Shown here: one piece after another, positions 52,561 to 64,000 of the stretch
Position numbering within the stretch: the stretch's first letter is position 1
How the letters are laid out: every line of letters starts with the position of its first letter
Source of the DNA: Macrostomum lignano
Lineage: Eukaryota
Assembly (NCBI GenBank): GCA_002269645.1
Contig: NIVC01002005.1
Coordinates: forward strand, 1 to 64,000
Length of the DNA stretch: 64,000 bases
Direction: 5' to 3'
Notes under the pieces: generated by a model
What the model was told of the DNA's origin: nothing
The model's input: only the letters and a program-made list of their open reading frames with translations
The model's database searches: none
Program-made: the position numbers and the translations under genes

Positions 52561-53465
52561 ATCTAGAGTGCTTTTCAGTACTACTGGGGCGATTCTAAAG
52601 TACCCGAAGAGATATTTCACGATGCCTCATAAATTAGTTTGTAATGCTACATGATAAAGTAACGAAGTGACTGATTTATTTCTTGAAACATTAATTTATT
52701 ATATTTATATTGATTCTTATACTTAAAATAGCACTTATTTTCATTTCATACATTTCAGTATATTATAGTTTATATTTTTTTTACCAAAGCATTATAAAGC
52801 TGTGATGAATGCCTAATACAATAATTTATTTAATTCATTTCTTATAGCAAATTAACAAGTCCGCTCCGTCACGACTCGCGTGCATCATTCTGTTTTGTTG
52901 CTTTTTAAGCTGCCAGAAATGATTAGTTGAAAAAATTGGCCACTGTCAAAAAGTATTCATCTATTTCACCTGAATATAATAATTATTCAATTAACTACTA
53001 CTGATTTCTATTACTATGAGTAGTCTCGTCTGTTTCCAAAGGCAATCTTATATCTTCCACACTTAATATGCTAATTTTATTGCTAGGCGAATTAATTCAT
53101 CAGCTTGTTAGTTTTTTCATTAGCTATAAAATTTCAATGAAAATAATTATTATTTGTATGCATATAATTAATGATTAACTTCAACAGTTGTGCGCGATGC
53201 TTTGATATGAACTATTTTCATTTTTACTTCCTGTTTCTCCTGTGTCCAGACTTGAACTGTAATTCAATATTTCAACAAGCCTGTAAACGTTATTATTATT
53301 CGCGTACAATATTGAAATTGTCTCTAAGTTCGCGTAATTTTTTTTGCTGCAAGAGTCGAAATATAACTGACATTGCCATACACATTGACTGCATAGCCCT
53401 ACACAAGCTGCTGTTTGCTCTGCCTTTTTATGCATAACTGCTTAGCTTACTCCGTTTGCTTGATA

Positions 53466-53531
53466 TTTGTCTGCCTGTCTGTCTGCCTGTCTGTCTGCCT
53501 GCCTGTCTGTCTGTCTGTCTGTCTGTCTGCC

Positions 53532-53584
<53 letters not shown>

Positions 53585-53687
53585 GCCTGTCTGTCTGTCT
53601 GTCTGTCTGTCTGCCTGCCTGCCTGTCTGTCTGTCTGTCTGTCTGTCTGCCTGTCTGTCTGTCTGTCTGTCTGTCTGCCTGCCTGCC

Positions 53688-53722
<35 letters not shown>

Positions 53723-53785
53723 GTCTGTCTTAGTGTCTCCTTGCCTGTCTGTCTGTCTGTCTGTCTGTCTTAGTATCTCCTTGCC

Positions 53786-53818
<33 letters not shown>

Positions 53819-53833
53819 TAGTATCTCCTTGCC

Positions 53834-53882
<49 letters not shown>

Positions 53883-53897
53883 TTCTGTCTGTCTTAG

Positions 53898-53962
<65 letters not shown>

Positions 53963-54031
53963 GACTGTCTGTCTGCCTGCCTGCCTGTCTGTCTGTCTGT
54001 CTGCCTGCCTGTCTGTCTGTCTGTCTGTCTT

Positions 54032-54082
<51 letters not shown>

Positions 54083-54190
54083 GCCTGTCTGTCTGTCTGT
54101 CTCTGTCTGTCTTAGTATCTCCTCGCCTGTCTGTCTGTTTTTCTTAGTGTCTCTTTGCCTGTCTGCCTGTCTTTCTGTCTGTCTGTCTGT
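53466..54190. repeat. (GTCT)n/(GCCT) microsatellite
   Basis: Direct reading; runs into an acceptor at 54207. Confidence 0.97.
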
Positions 54191-54283
54191 GTCTTCTCCG
54201 CACACAGCTTTAATTGTCAAAGCCCAACTATCAGGCGTTATGTTTTTGACTTGAGCACCAACGCCACTGCTCAATCACCGTTG

Positions 54284-55886
54284 ATGTGGCCGCACCTTCT
54301 GTCGCGCGTCGGCCTTCCGTGCGCCGCTCTTGGCGCCGCTGCCGCAGCTCTGGTGTCGCAGTCGCACAGCTCGCCTTCTCCATCCCAGTCCGATGGTCGA
54401 TCAGACTGCAGCTCGAATCGTTTCTGTAAGCCGCTGCTGGCTGGTGCAGCCTCCGCTGCCACTGCCGCACCTTTGACTGCGGCCGCTCCGATCTACATCA
54501 ACCCGCTGCCCAGTGTTGACGCCTCTCCGGACTCTCTGCATAGCAACCTGCGCTGCTGCGGCCCCGCTGTGCCGGTCAGCGGAGCCAAATGGAACCGGAA
54601 CTGGGATGTTATGGAGGGCCAGGCTGGCAGTCAGGTGCGGCACATTGTGCTGATTAGGCACGGCAGGTACAGCCTGGCCAGCAGTCACCTGGACGATATG
54701 GGTAGGGAGCAGGTGAGTGGGATTTTAGGCTCCTAGTTGCTGGGCTACCGCCCTCCCAGATCCTCAATTGCTGGGCCAGCCTCCCAGATCTTCAGTTGCT
54801 GGGCCAGCCTCCCAGATCCTCAGTAGCTGGGCCAGCCTCCCAGATCCTCAATTGCTGGGCCAGCCTCCCAGATCCTCAGTTACTGGGCCAGCCTCCCAGA
54901 TCCTCAGTTGCTGGGCCAGCCTCCCAGATCCTCAGTTGCTGGGCCAGCCTCCCAGATCCTCAGTTGCTGGGCCAGCCTCCCAGATCCCCAGTTGCAGGGC
55001 CAGCCTCCCAGATCCCCAGTTGCTGGGCCAGCCTCCCAGATCCTCAGTTGCTAGGCCAGCCTCCCAGATCCTCAGTTGCTAGGCCAGCCTCCCAGATCCC
55101 CAGTTGCTGAGCCAGCCTCCCAGATCCTCAGTTGCTGGGCCAGCCTCCCAGATCCCCAGTTGCTGGGCCACCCTCCCAGATCCTCAGTTGCTGGGCCAGC
55201 CTCCCAGATCCTCAGTTGCTGGGCCAGCCTCCCAGATCCTCAGTTGCTAGGCCAGCCTCCCAGATCCCCAGTTGCTGGGCCAGCCTCCCAGATCCCCAGT
55301 TGCCGAGGCGAGTTACGCGCACAGAATCCCAGACTGACTGAGTGACTTTCTTTCTCAGGCCGACCTTCTCGGCATCCGCCTGGCCGAACTGCACGCCAAA
55401 CACGGCATCGCTCGGCTGATGTCGTCAAATTCAACCCGAGCGGTGGAGACGTCGGAGCTGGCTATGCGGCACCTGCCCCACCTGAATGGCAAGCGCGCTG
55501 AGGACCCCATGCTGCGCGAGATCGGCTGCCCCTGCCCGCCAGAGCCGCCCATGAACAACTACAGAGCGGAGTACCGCTACCACGAAGGCTCTGCCTTGGC
55601 CGAGGCCGCCTTTCGTCGACATATTCATCGGTCAAGTCGAAGCGACGAAGCTCAAATAGTTGCCAACGGGGCCAAACTCGAAGTGATCGTTTGTCACGCC
55701 AACGTCATTCGATATTTCATCTGTCGAGCGTTGCAGTTCCCGCCGGAGGCCTGGCTTCGATTCTCATTGGATCATTGTTCGATTACTTGGCTGAGCATTT
55801 TCCCTAGCGGGGAGGTCTGCTTGAGATCATTTAGCGACTCCGGCTACTTGCCGAAGCGATGCGTCACCAGCATGAACGCTGACTGA
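54284..55886 (+). CDS. PGAM5: PGAM5-like histidine phosphatase, paralog 1, 318 aa; exons 54284-54712, 55359-55886
   Basis: WNRNWD (WDxNWD-like), LIRHG, GREQ|ADLLG, MLREIGCPCPPEPP, AEAAFRRHIHR, VCHANVIRYFICRALQFPPEAWLRFSLDHCSIT; phase-0 GT-AG intron. Confidence 0.92.
54755..55305. repeat. 28-bp intronic minisatellite (TGCTGGGCCAGCCTCCCAGATCCTCAGT)
   Basis: PGAM5 paralog 1 intron. Confidence 0.97.
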
Positions 55887-56479
55887 GATTTGACTGAGTG
55901 ACTCTTGTGACTTTTTAACGTAATGCGACTGTTGAGTCACGTGAGTTGCAGAATCGTAAAACTAGTCGCAGAAAAAGTCATCATAGTTGCGAAATACGAT
56001 TCTAATTCACAAGGTTAGCGCGGTGATTCTACAACGCGACTTCAGCACGCCTCAGAAGCGCCCAGAGTCGTTTCAGTTTCAATTTGACCCTTAGGCGACT
56101 CTTTTGACGACTTTTTATATAGTCCTCAAAGAGTCCCTTCTTTCCTATTTCACCTGTGTTACCTGCAACGACTTTGGGACGCTTCTTGACCTAGGTACCG
56201 GTTCAATCGGGTCCGCATGGACAGGTGGAACGGGGAGTCAATTATAATTGGTCTATGTCTATGCAGTTTAACGTTCTTACATGTATGTTCTTTGTTGTTG
56301 TTTTTATAGTACGGCTTGTACCATCGCGCTAAAAATAGTAATAATTTATAGCTATACTGTTCGCTTTTTGTTTCTTTAAATTTTTAAAAAGTTTTTGACT
56401 ATTTGATGGGTAAAAACGATGGCTAACTGACTTCAAATATCCCTTTGTAGATCTTTTCCTATTGTTCAAATATCCCGTC

Positions 56480-58640
56480 TCAAAATCTCTTATAATGCTT
56501 AAAATCCCCCCCCTCAGAATTCTTCCATTTTTTATATATCCCTATCTCAGAATCTTCCTATAGTTAAAATATCCAGATCTCAGAATCTCCCAATTTTTTA
56601 AATATCCCCATCTCAGAATTTCCCCATTGCTGAAATATTCCAATTTTAGAATAGCCTTATAGTTAAAAATCCAGATCTCAGAATCTCCCCATTCTTAAAA
56701 ATCCCAGTCTCAGACTCCACATTCTTAAGATATCCCCATCTCAAAATCTCCCCATGGTTAAGATATCCCCTTCTCAGAATCTCCCCATTGTTTAAATACA
56801 TCGTATCTCAGAATCTCCCAATTGTTGAAATATCCCCATTTCAGAATCTCCCCATTGTTGAAATATCCCTATATCGGAATCTTCCCATCGTTAAAATATA
56901 CCCATCTCAGAATCTCCCCATTGCTGAAATATTCCAATTTTAGAATAGCCCTATAGTTAAAATATCCAGATCTCAGAATCTCCCCATTCCTAAAAAATCC
57001 AGTCTCAGACTCCACATTCTTAAGATATCCCCATCTCAAAATCTCCCCATGGTTAAGATATCCCCTTCTCAGAATCTCCCCATTGTTTAAATACATCGTA
57101 TCTCAGAATCTCCCAATTGTTGAAATATCCCCATTTCAGAATCTCCCCATTGTTGAAATATCCCTATATCGGAATCTTCCCATCGTTAAAATATCCCCAT
57201 CTCAGAATCTCCCCATTGCTGAAATATTCCAATTTTAGAATAGCCCTATAGTTAAAATATCCAGATCTCAGAATCTCCCCATTCCTAAAAAATCCAGTCT
57301 CAGACTCCACATTCTTAAGATATCCCCATCTCAAAATCTCCCCATGGTTAAGATATCCCCTTCTCAGAATCTCCCCATTGTTTAAATACATCGTATCTCA
57401 GAATCTCCCAATTGTTGAAATATCCCCATTTCAGAATCTCCCCATTGTTGAAATATCCCTATATCGGAATCTTCCCATCGTTAAAATATTCCCATCTCAG
57501 AATTTCCCCATTGCTGAAATATTCCAATTTTAGAATAGCCCTATAGTTAAAATATCCAGATCTCAGAATCTCCCCATTCTTAAAAATCCCAGTCTCAGAC
57601 TCCACATTCTTAAGATATCCCCATCTCAAAATCTCCCCATGGTTAAGATATCCCCTTCTCAGAATCTCCCCATTGTTTAAATACATCGGATCTCAGAATC
57701 TCCCAATTGTTGAAAAATCCCCATTTCAGAATCTCCCCATTGTTGAAATATCCCTATATCGGAATCTTCCCATCGTTAAAATATTCCCATCTCAGAATTT
57801 CCCCATTGCTGAAATATTCCAATTTTAGAATAGCCCTATAGTTAAAATATCCAGATCTCAGAATCTCCCCATTCCTAAAAAATCCAGTCTCAGACTCCAC
57901 ATTCTTAAGATATCCCCATCTCAAAATCTCCCCATGGTTAAGATATCCCCTTCTCAGAATCTCCCCATTGTTTAAATACATCGTATCTCAGAATCTCCCA
58001 ATTGTTGAAATATCCCCATTTCAGAATCTCCCCATTGTTGAAATATCCCTATATCGGAATCTTCCCATCGTTAAAATATTCCCATCTCAGAATTTCCCCA
58101 TTGCTGAAATATTCCAATTTTAGAATAGCCCTATAGTTAAAATATCCAGATCTCAGAATCTCCCCATTCTTAAAAATCCCAGTCTCAGACTCCACATTCT
58201 TAAGATATCCCCATCTCAAAATCTCCCCATGGTTAAGATATCCCCTTCTCAGAATCTCCCCATTGTTTAAATACATCGGATCTCAGAATCTCCCAATTGT
58301 TGAAATATCCCCATTTCAGAATCTCCCCATTGTTGAAATATCCCTATATCGGAATCTTCCCATCGTTAAAATATTCCCATCTCAGAATTTCCCCATTGCT
58401 GAAATATTCCAATTTTAGAATAGCCCTATAGTTAAAATATCCAGATCTCAGAATCTCCCCATTCCTAAAAAATCCAGTCTCAGACTCCACATTCTTAAGA
58501 TATCCCCATCTCAAAATCTCCCCATGGTTAAGATATCCCCTTCTCAGAATCTCCCAATTGTTGAAATATCCCCCATCTCAGAATCTCCCCATTGCTGAAA
58601 TATCCCGATCTCAGAATCTCCCCGTCTTAAAATATCCCCC
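56480..58640. repeat. 295-bp higher-order tandem repeat (~7 copies) built from ~30-bp subunits
   Basis: The same spurious 75-aa ORF recurs at 56869, 57164, 57459, 57754 and 58049 (spacing 295); diverged monomers flank both sides. Confidence 0.97.
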
Positions 58641-58712
58641 TCTCTCATACTCTTCCCATTCCTGAACTATCCCAGGTTCCTGGAAACTAACCAGCCAAAT
58701 AAAATCGAATGC

Positions 58713-60568
58713 ATGTTGCCGAGTCGCCTGCTCGGCTTCGGCTTATCCTGCGCCGCTGTTGGCGCCGCTAGCGCCGCTCTGTACACCGAGTTGTCCTCGT
58801 CAGCGGCTTCGTCAGCGCCTGACAATAAACTGATGTCTGTCGCGGATCCCTCGGCACCAGCGGTCTACCTGCGCCCGGTGACCAGCGATCAGTTATTGAA
58901 CAATCTTCGCTGCTGCGATCCAGTGCTACCCGGAACTAAATGGAACAATAATTGGGATAATAGACATTGGCGAACTACTGATAGTAGTAGTAGTAATAAT
59001 AATAAAATCCGCAGTATTATCCTGGTTAGGCACGGCAGGTTTCATCATTCCGATAGGCTGCTAGACGATCTGGGTAGACGCCAAGCTGAACAGCTGGGTA
59101 ACCGCTTGGCCCAGCTGCACAGACGCTACGGTATTAGCAGGATTATTTCGTCTAGCGCGCCTAGAGCCGTGCAAACTGCGGAATTAGCTATGCGCTATCT
59201 GCCGAATAATTTGAAGAGACAAGAGTGCCACCTGTTGACTGAAGTTGGCTGGCCGTGTCCGCCTGAGCCGCCTGGGGCACATTTTGTGCCGGAGTTCTAC
59301 TATCACGACAGGGCTGCCAGGGCTGAGGCAGCTTTCCGTCGGCATATTCATCGGGCTGATGACGATGCGGGAGAGTCCACCAATGAGCTGGAGGTCTGTG
59401 CTTGTGCTTGGATGAGGCTTATTTTTGCGTGGGGCTCGAGATGGGATCTTGCGGACAAGTCTTCATGGGATCTTGCGGACAAGTATCGATGGGATCTTGC
59501 GGACAAGTCTTGCTGGGATCTTGCGGACAAGTCTCAATGGGATCTTGCGGACAAGTCTTGATGGGATCTTGCGGACAAGTATCGATGGGATCTTGCGGAC
59601 AAGTCTTGATGGGACCTTGCGGACAAGTATCGATGGGATCTTGCGGACAAGTCTTGATGGGATCTTGGGGATAAGTATTGATGGGATCTTGCGGACAAGT
59701 CTCGATGGGATCTTGCGGACAAGTCTTGATGGGATCTTGCGGACAAGTCTTGATGGGATCTTGTGGGCACGTATCTATGGGATCTTGCGGACAAGTCCTG
59801 ATGGGATCTTGCGGACAAGTCCTGATGGGATCTTGTGGACAAGTATCGATGGGATCTTGCGGACAAGTCTCAATGGGATCTTGCGGACAAGTCTCAATGG
59901 GATCTTGCGGACAAGTCTTGATGGGACCTTGCGGACAAGTATCGATGGGATCTTGCGGACAAGTCTTGATGGGATCTTGGGGATAAGTATTGATGGGATC
60001 TTGCGGACAAGTCTCGATGGGATCTTGCGGACAAGTCTTGATGGGATCTTGCGGACAAGTCTTGATGGGATCTTGTGGGCACGTATCTATGGGATCTTGC
60101 GGACAAATCCTGATGGGATCTTGCGGACAAGTCCTGATGGGATCTTGTGGACAAGTATCGATGGGATCTTGCGGACAAGTCTCAATGGGATCTTGCGGAC
60201 AAGTCCTGATGGAATCTTGCGGACAAGTCTCAATGGGATCTGGTGGACAAGTCTTTATTTATGGGATCTACAAGACAAGTCTTGATGGGATCTTTTGGAC
60301 ACATTGCAACAGACGTAAAAGTGTACTGAAATAATCTTACAGCCAATTTAATCCTCAACTCAAGGTATTCGTCTGTCATCGCAACATCATACGCTACATG
60401 GTCTGTCGGGCTCTGCAGTTGCCGCCAGAAGCTTGGCTTCGCTTCTCGGTTGATCACTGCTCAATCACCTGGCTGGACCTGTACCCGGACGGCCGGGTCT
60501 GCCTGCGCTGCTTTGGCGACTCCGGACACGTGCCCGTTAGCCTGCTGTCTAAGGATAATGTGCGCTGA
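58713..60568 (+). CDS. PGAM5: PGAM5-like histidine phosphatase, paralog 2, 294 aa; exons 58713-59393, 60365-60568
   Basis: WNNNWD, LVRHG, GRRQAEQLG, LLTEVGWPCPPEPP, AEAAFRRHIHR, ELE|VFVCHRNIIRYMVCRALQLPPEAWLRFSVDHCSIT, FGDSGHVP; phase-0 GT-AG intron. Confidence 0.92.
59440..60300. repeat. 24-bp intronic minisatellite (GATGGGATCTTGCGGACAAGTCTT) with a 312-bp higher-order duplication
   Basis: PGAM5 paralog 2 intron; the variant pattern recurs at 59678 and 59990. Confidence 0.97.
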
Positions 60569-60574
60569 TACTGC

Positions 60575-60720
<146 letters not shown>

Positions 60721-62464
60721 TGTGTTTACGTGGACTTTTTGGAAGTTCAGTAGCCTCGTTAGCTGGACCAACCGGTGTAGGTAGACCACTTAGGTGGACC
60801 ACCAAATAATTTTGTCTCTGGTGGGGTTAAGACGTTGATGAGGATCTCACATTAATGTCAGGCGGGTCAAGAAAGGCTTAAGCAATTTTGGGATGTCTAG
60901 CATGGTTTTTTCCAAAGTTATTCGCATTTCAGTTTAGCTGGACCTCCAGCCTGGTCTACCTAAACCGAGCGAGTCTGGTCCACGTAAACCGAAAAATTTT
61001 AGAAAATTTTTCGAAAATCGTCTGTTTGTGTCTGTTTGTGTCTGTTTGTGTCTGTTTGTGTCTGTTTGTGTATAGCAGTTATTAAGCATAGATTCAATGC
61101 AAAACTGAATTTTTTACAGATCATTACCTTACGAACAAAGGGCTATGTTGGCATCATATTATGACCGCTACTGGCTTTAAAACAATATGCGTTCAGTTCT
61201 TTGACATTCAAGTAGGTACGCAGGTTAATTAAAAATTCTGAAACCTCGTATGCGAAATGAATTTGATACAGTAAACTTTAAACTCCATTTAATTAGCTCA
61301 GTTCCAGCAATTCCGGTATCGTACTCTGAGCACAGACTCACAGAGTAAGACACCAACGTAAAGAAATCCAATTCGCGAACCAGATCAAACGATAAAGACT
61401 CCGAGACAAGAAAGATATTTAAGTGAAGCTTAAATAGTATTCTTCAATGACTTCTCAAGAACTCCCAGTGGTCCTTGATAGCCACACTGTGTAAATGCGA
61501 ATTTCTGAGGCTCTACCATTACACAAGAAGAAAATAGCAACTTCATGAATTAAGTGCTTGCCAATTCTATCCTAAACACTATGGGATATCCTGTTCTATC
61601 CTCCTCCAATTTTGGAAGAAGAAGATCCTAAGCTGCAGCCTTTCAAGTGCAAAGTTGAAGATGCAATTTACCTAATTGAAAAGGACAATTCATCCATGTA
61701 CATGCAAAAGATTTGATCGAGAGGACGCAATTAAGAAGGGCCTTTTAACTAGCGATCGGGTCCCTGACTCTCTAGCAAAAGGTCGACTTGATTGCGGTCC
61801 CAGTAAAACTAAGAACGCATTAACAGTCAGCCTAACACTCACTGTCTGTTTGGTCCACGTAAACACATGTGCAGGAGTATAGGGTTGGAACAGACAGACA
61901 GACAGACCTCCCTTTCTATAATTGGCTGGTTAACACTTAGGAGGATAGATCCACCCCAACAATGGGACCGACCGCAGCCAATAGGAAACCCGCAAGCGTT
62001 CTGAAGGTAAGACAGTGGAGAGAGGGATATATAATGTCTAAGCGGGTGGTCCACGTAAACCATGGCGTAGTGAGACCAGACACAGACAGTTTAAAAGAAA
62101 GTACTTATAATCCATACTATACAACTCTAAAGGATTGCAATTGTATAGATTAGAACGGTTTTTTATACTTAATAGGTCTAATGTTAATCCTTACTCCAAG
62201 TTTCATCCATATATAAATTTATTGTGCCAAAAACTGTAATCTACAACCAAAATATGATGACCCGCAAAAAAGGACGCCAAGCCTAAAATAAAAACTAAAA
62301 AAACACCGTCGCAAAAAGCCACTGCGAAATCGAAGAAGCCGCATCGCCTGGTGAAAATCATCAGTCTGCTCGCAAATCCGTCGACACCGAGTCCAGAAAA
62401 GTGAGTTTCGTTTGATGATCTCAAAGTAGCTAGCTGCAAGGCCTGCAACTCAATTGCTGTAGAG

Positions 62465-64000
62465 AAGCTGGTCCACCTAACCTACAGACACAACTGAATC
62501 AGCTCTCTCAGTCTGTTTGAGGCTTTGGCTCTCAGAAGGTGGTCCACCTAACCTACAGACACAACTCGAACAGATTTCTCTGTCTGTTTAAGGCTCTGGC
62601 TCTCAGAGCCGCCGAGAAAGTTTAGTGCCGAGAATGCTTCAGTTTGTTAGAATGCAATCAGAACAGATTCCTAGAAAGTGAGCTAGTCCAGCATCAAGGT
62701 AGAACATCTGGATGTGTAACGAGAGGCTCTCGGAGATTCCTGGCTCAGATTATCGCCTAGAAGTGCTTTGGAGTAGCTGGTCCACCTAACCTACAGACAC
62801 AACTCGAACAGATTTCTCTGTCTGTTTGAGGCTCTGGCTCTCAGAGCCGCCGAGAAAGTTTAGTGCCGAGAATGCTTCAGTTTGTTAGAATGCAATCAGA
62901 ACAGATTCCTAGAAAGTGAGCTAGTCCAGCATCAAGGTAGAACATGGATGTGTAACGAGAGGCTCTCGGAGATTCCTGGCTCAGATTATCGCCTAGAAGT
63001 GCTTTGGAGTAGCTGGTCCACCTAACCTACAGACACAACTCGAACAGATTTCTCTGTCTGTTTAGGCTCTGGCTCTTACAGCCGCCGAGAAAGTTTAGTG
63101 CAGAAAATGCTTCAGTTTGTTAGAATGCAATCAGAACAGATTCCTAGAAAGTGAGCTAGTCCAGCATCAAGGCAGAACATCTGGATGTGTAACGAAAGTC
63201 TCTCGGAGACTCCTGGCTCAGATTATCGCCTAGAAGTGCTTTGGAGTAGCTGGTCCACCTAACCTACAGACACAACTCGAACAGATTTCTGTCTGTTTGA
63301 GGCTCTGGATGTCAGAGCCGCCGAGAAAGTTTAGTGCCGAGAATGCTTCAGTTTGTTAGAATGCAATCAGAACAGATTCCTAGAAAGTGAGCTAGTCCAG
63401 CATCAAGGCAGAACATCTGGATGTGTAACGAGAGGCTCTCGGAGATTCCTGGCTCAGATTATCGCCTAGAAGTGCTTTGGAGTAGCTGGTCCACCTAACC
63501 TACAGACACAACTCGAACAGATTTCTGTCTGTTTGAGGCTCTGGATCTCAGAGCCGCCGAGAAAGTTTAGTGCCGAGAATGCTTCAGTTTGTTAGAATGC
63601 AATCAGAACAGATTCCTAGAAAGTGAGCTAGTCCAGCATCAAGGCAGAACATCTGGATGTGTAACGAGAGGCTCTCGGAGATTCCTGGCTCAGATTATCG
63701 CCTAGAAGTGCTTTGGAGTAGCTGGTCCACCTAACCTACAGACACAACTCGAACAGATTTCTGTCTGTTTGAGGCTCTGGATCTCAGAGCCGCCGAGAAA
63801 GTTTAGTGCCGAGAATGCTTCAGTTTGTTAGAATGCAATCAGAACAGATTCCTAGAAAGTGAGCTAGTCCAGCATCAAGGCAGAACATCTGGATGTGTAA
63901 CGAGAGGCTCTCGGAGATTCCTGGCTCAGATTATCGCCTAGAAGTGCTTTGGAGTAGCTGGTCCACCTAACCTACAGACACAACTCGAACAGATTTCTCT
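62465..64000. repeat. ~236-bp satellite, at least 6 copies, continuing past the window end
   Basis: AGCTGGTCCACCTAACC recurs at 62775, 63011, 63248, 63484, 63720 and 63956. Confidence 0.97.

Noticed and set aside
56869-58276. Five copies of a 75-aa ORF as a tandem gene family
   Set aside because: They start at non-ATG codons and track the 295-bp repeat; no splice or domain support.
61440-61740. Short stop-interrupted frames that might be a transposase relic
   Set aside because: No recognisable catalytic or domain motif; would need a translated profile search.

Overview
Eukaryotic (metazoan) genomic DNA, not prokaryotic: spliced GT-AG genes sit in an extremely tandem-repeat-rich background (about 29 kb of 64 kb by my hand count). 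The style resembles the flatworm Macrostomum, but that is inference only. Genes reconstructed by hand with phase-consistent splice sites: a divergent type II pantothenate kinase (3 exons, +), the terminal exon of an FN3/transmembrane receptor (-), and a co-directional run of PDSS2 (3 exons), glutamine-dependent NAD synthetase NADSYN1 (8 exons, with a ~196-aa C-terminal extension), intronless WDR48/UAF1 and two PGAM5-like paralogs. The first 6.2 kb hold two decayed Penelope-like retroelements carrying three minimal hammerhead ribozyme motifs. A 268-bp hAT-type MITE lies at 29.2 kb. The most striking pattern is that all 13 confidently placed introns, and nearly every intergenic spacer, are inflated by a minisatellite array. 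Several repeat units are themselves splice-signal-like (branch point, 3' or 5' splice site), and the two PGAM5 paralogs carry array-filled introns at different, mutually exclusive positions. Most long ORFs in the supplied track are artefacts of these arrays.
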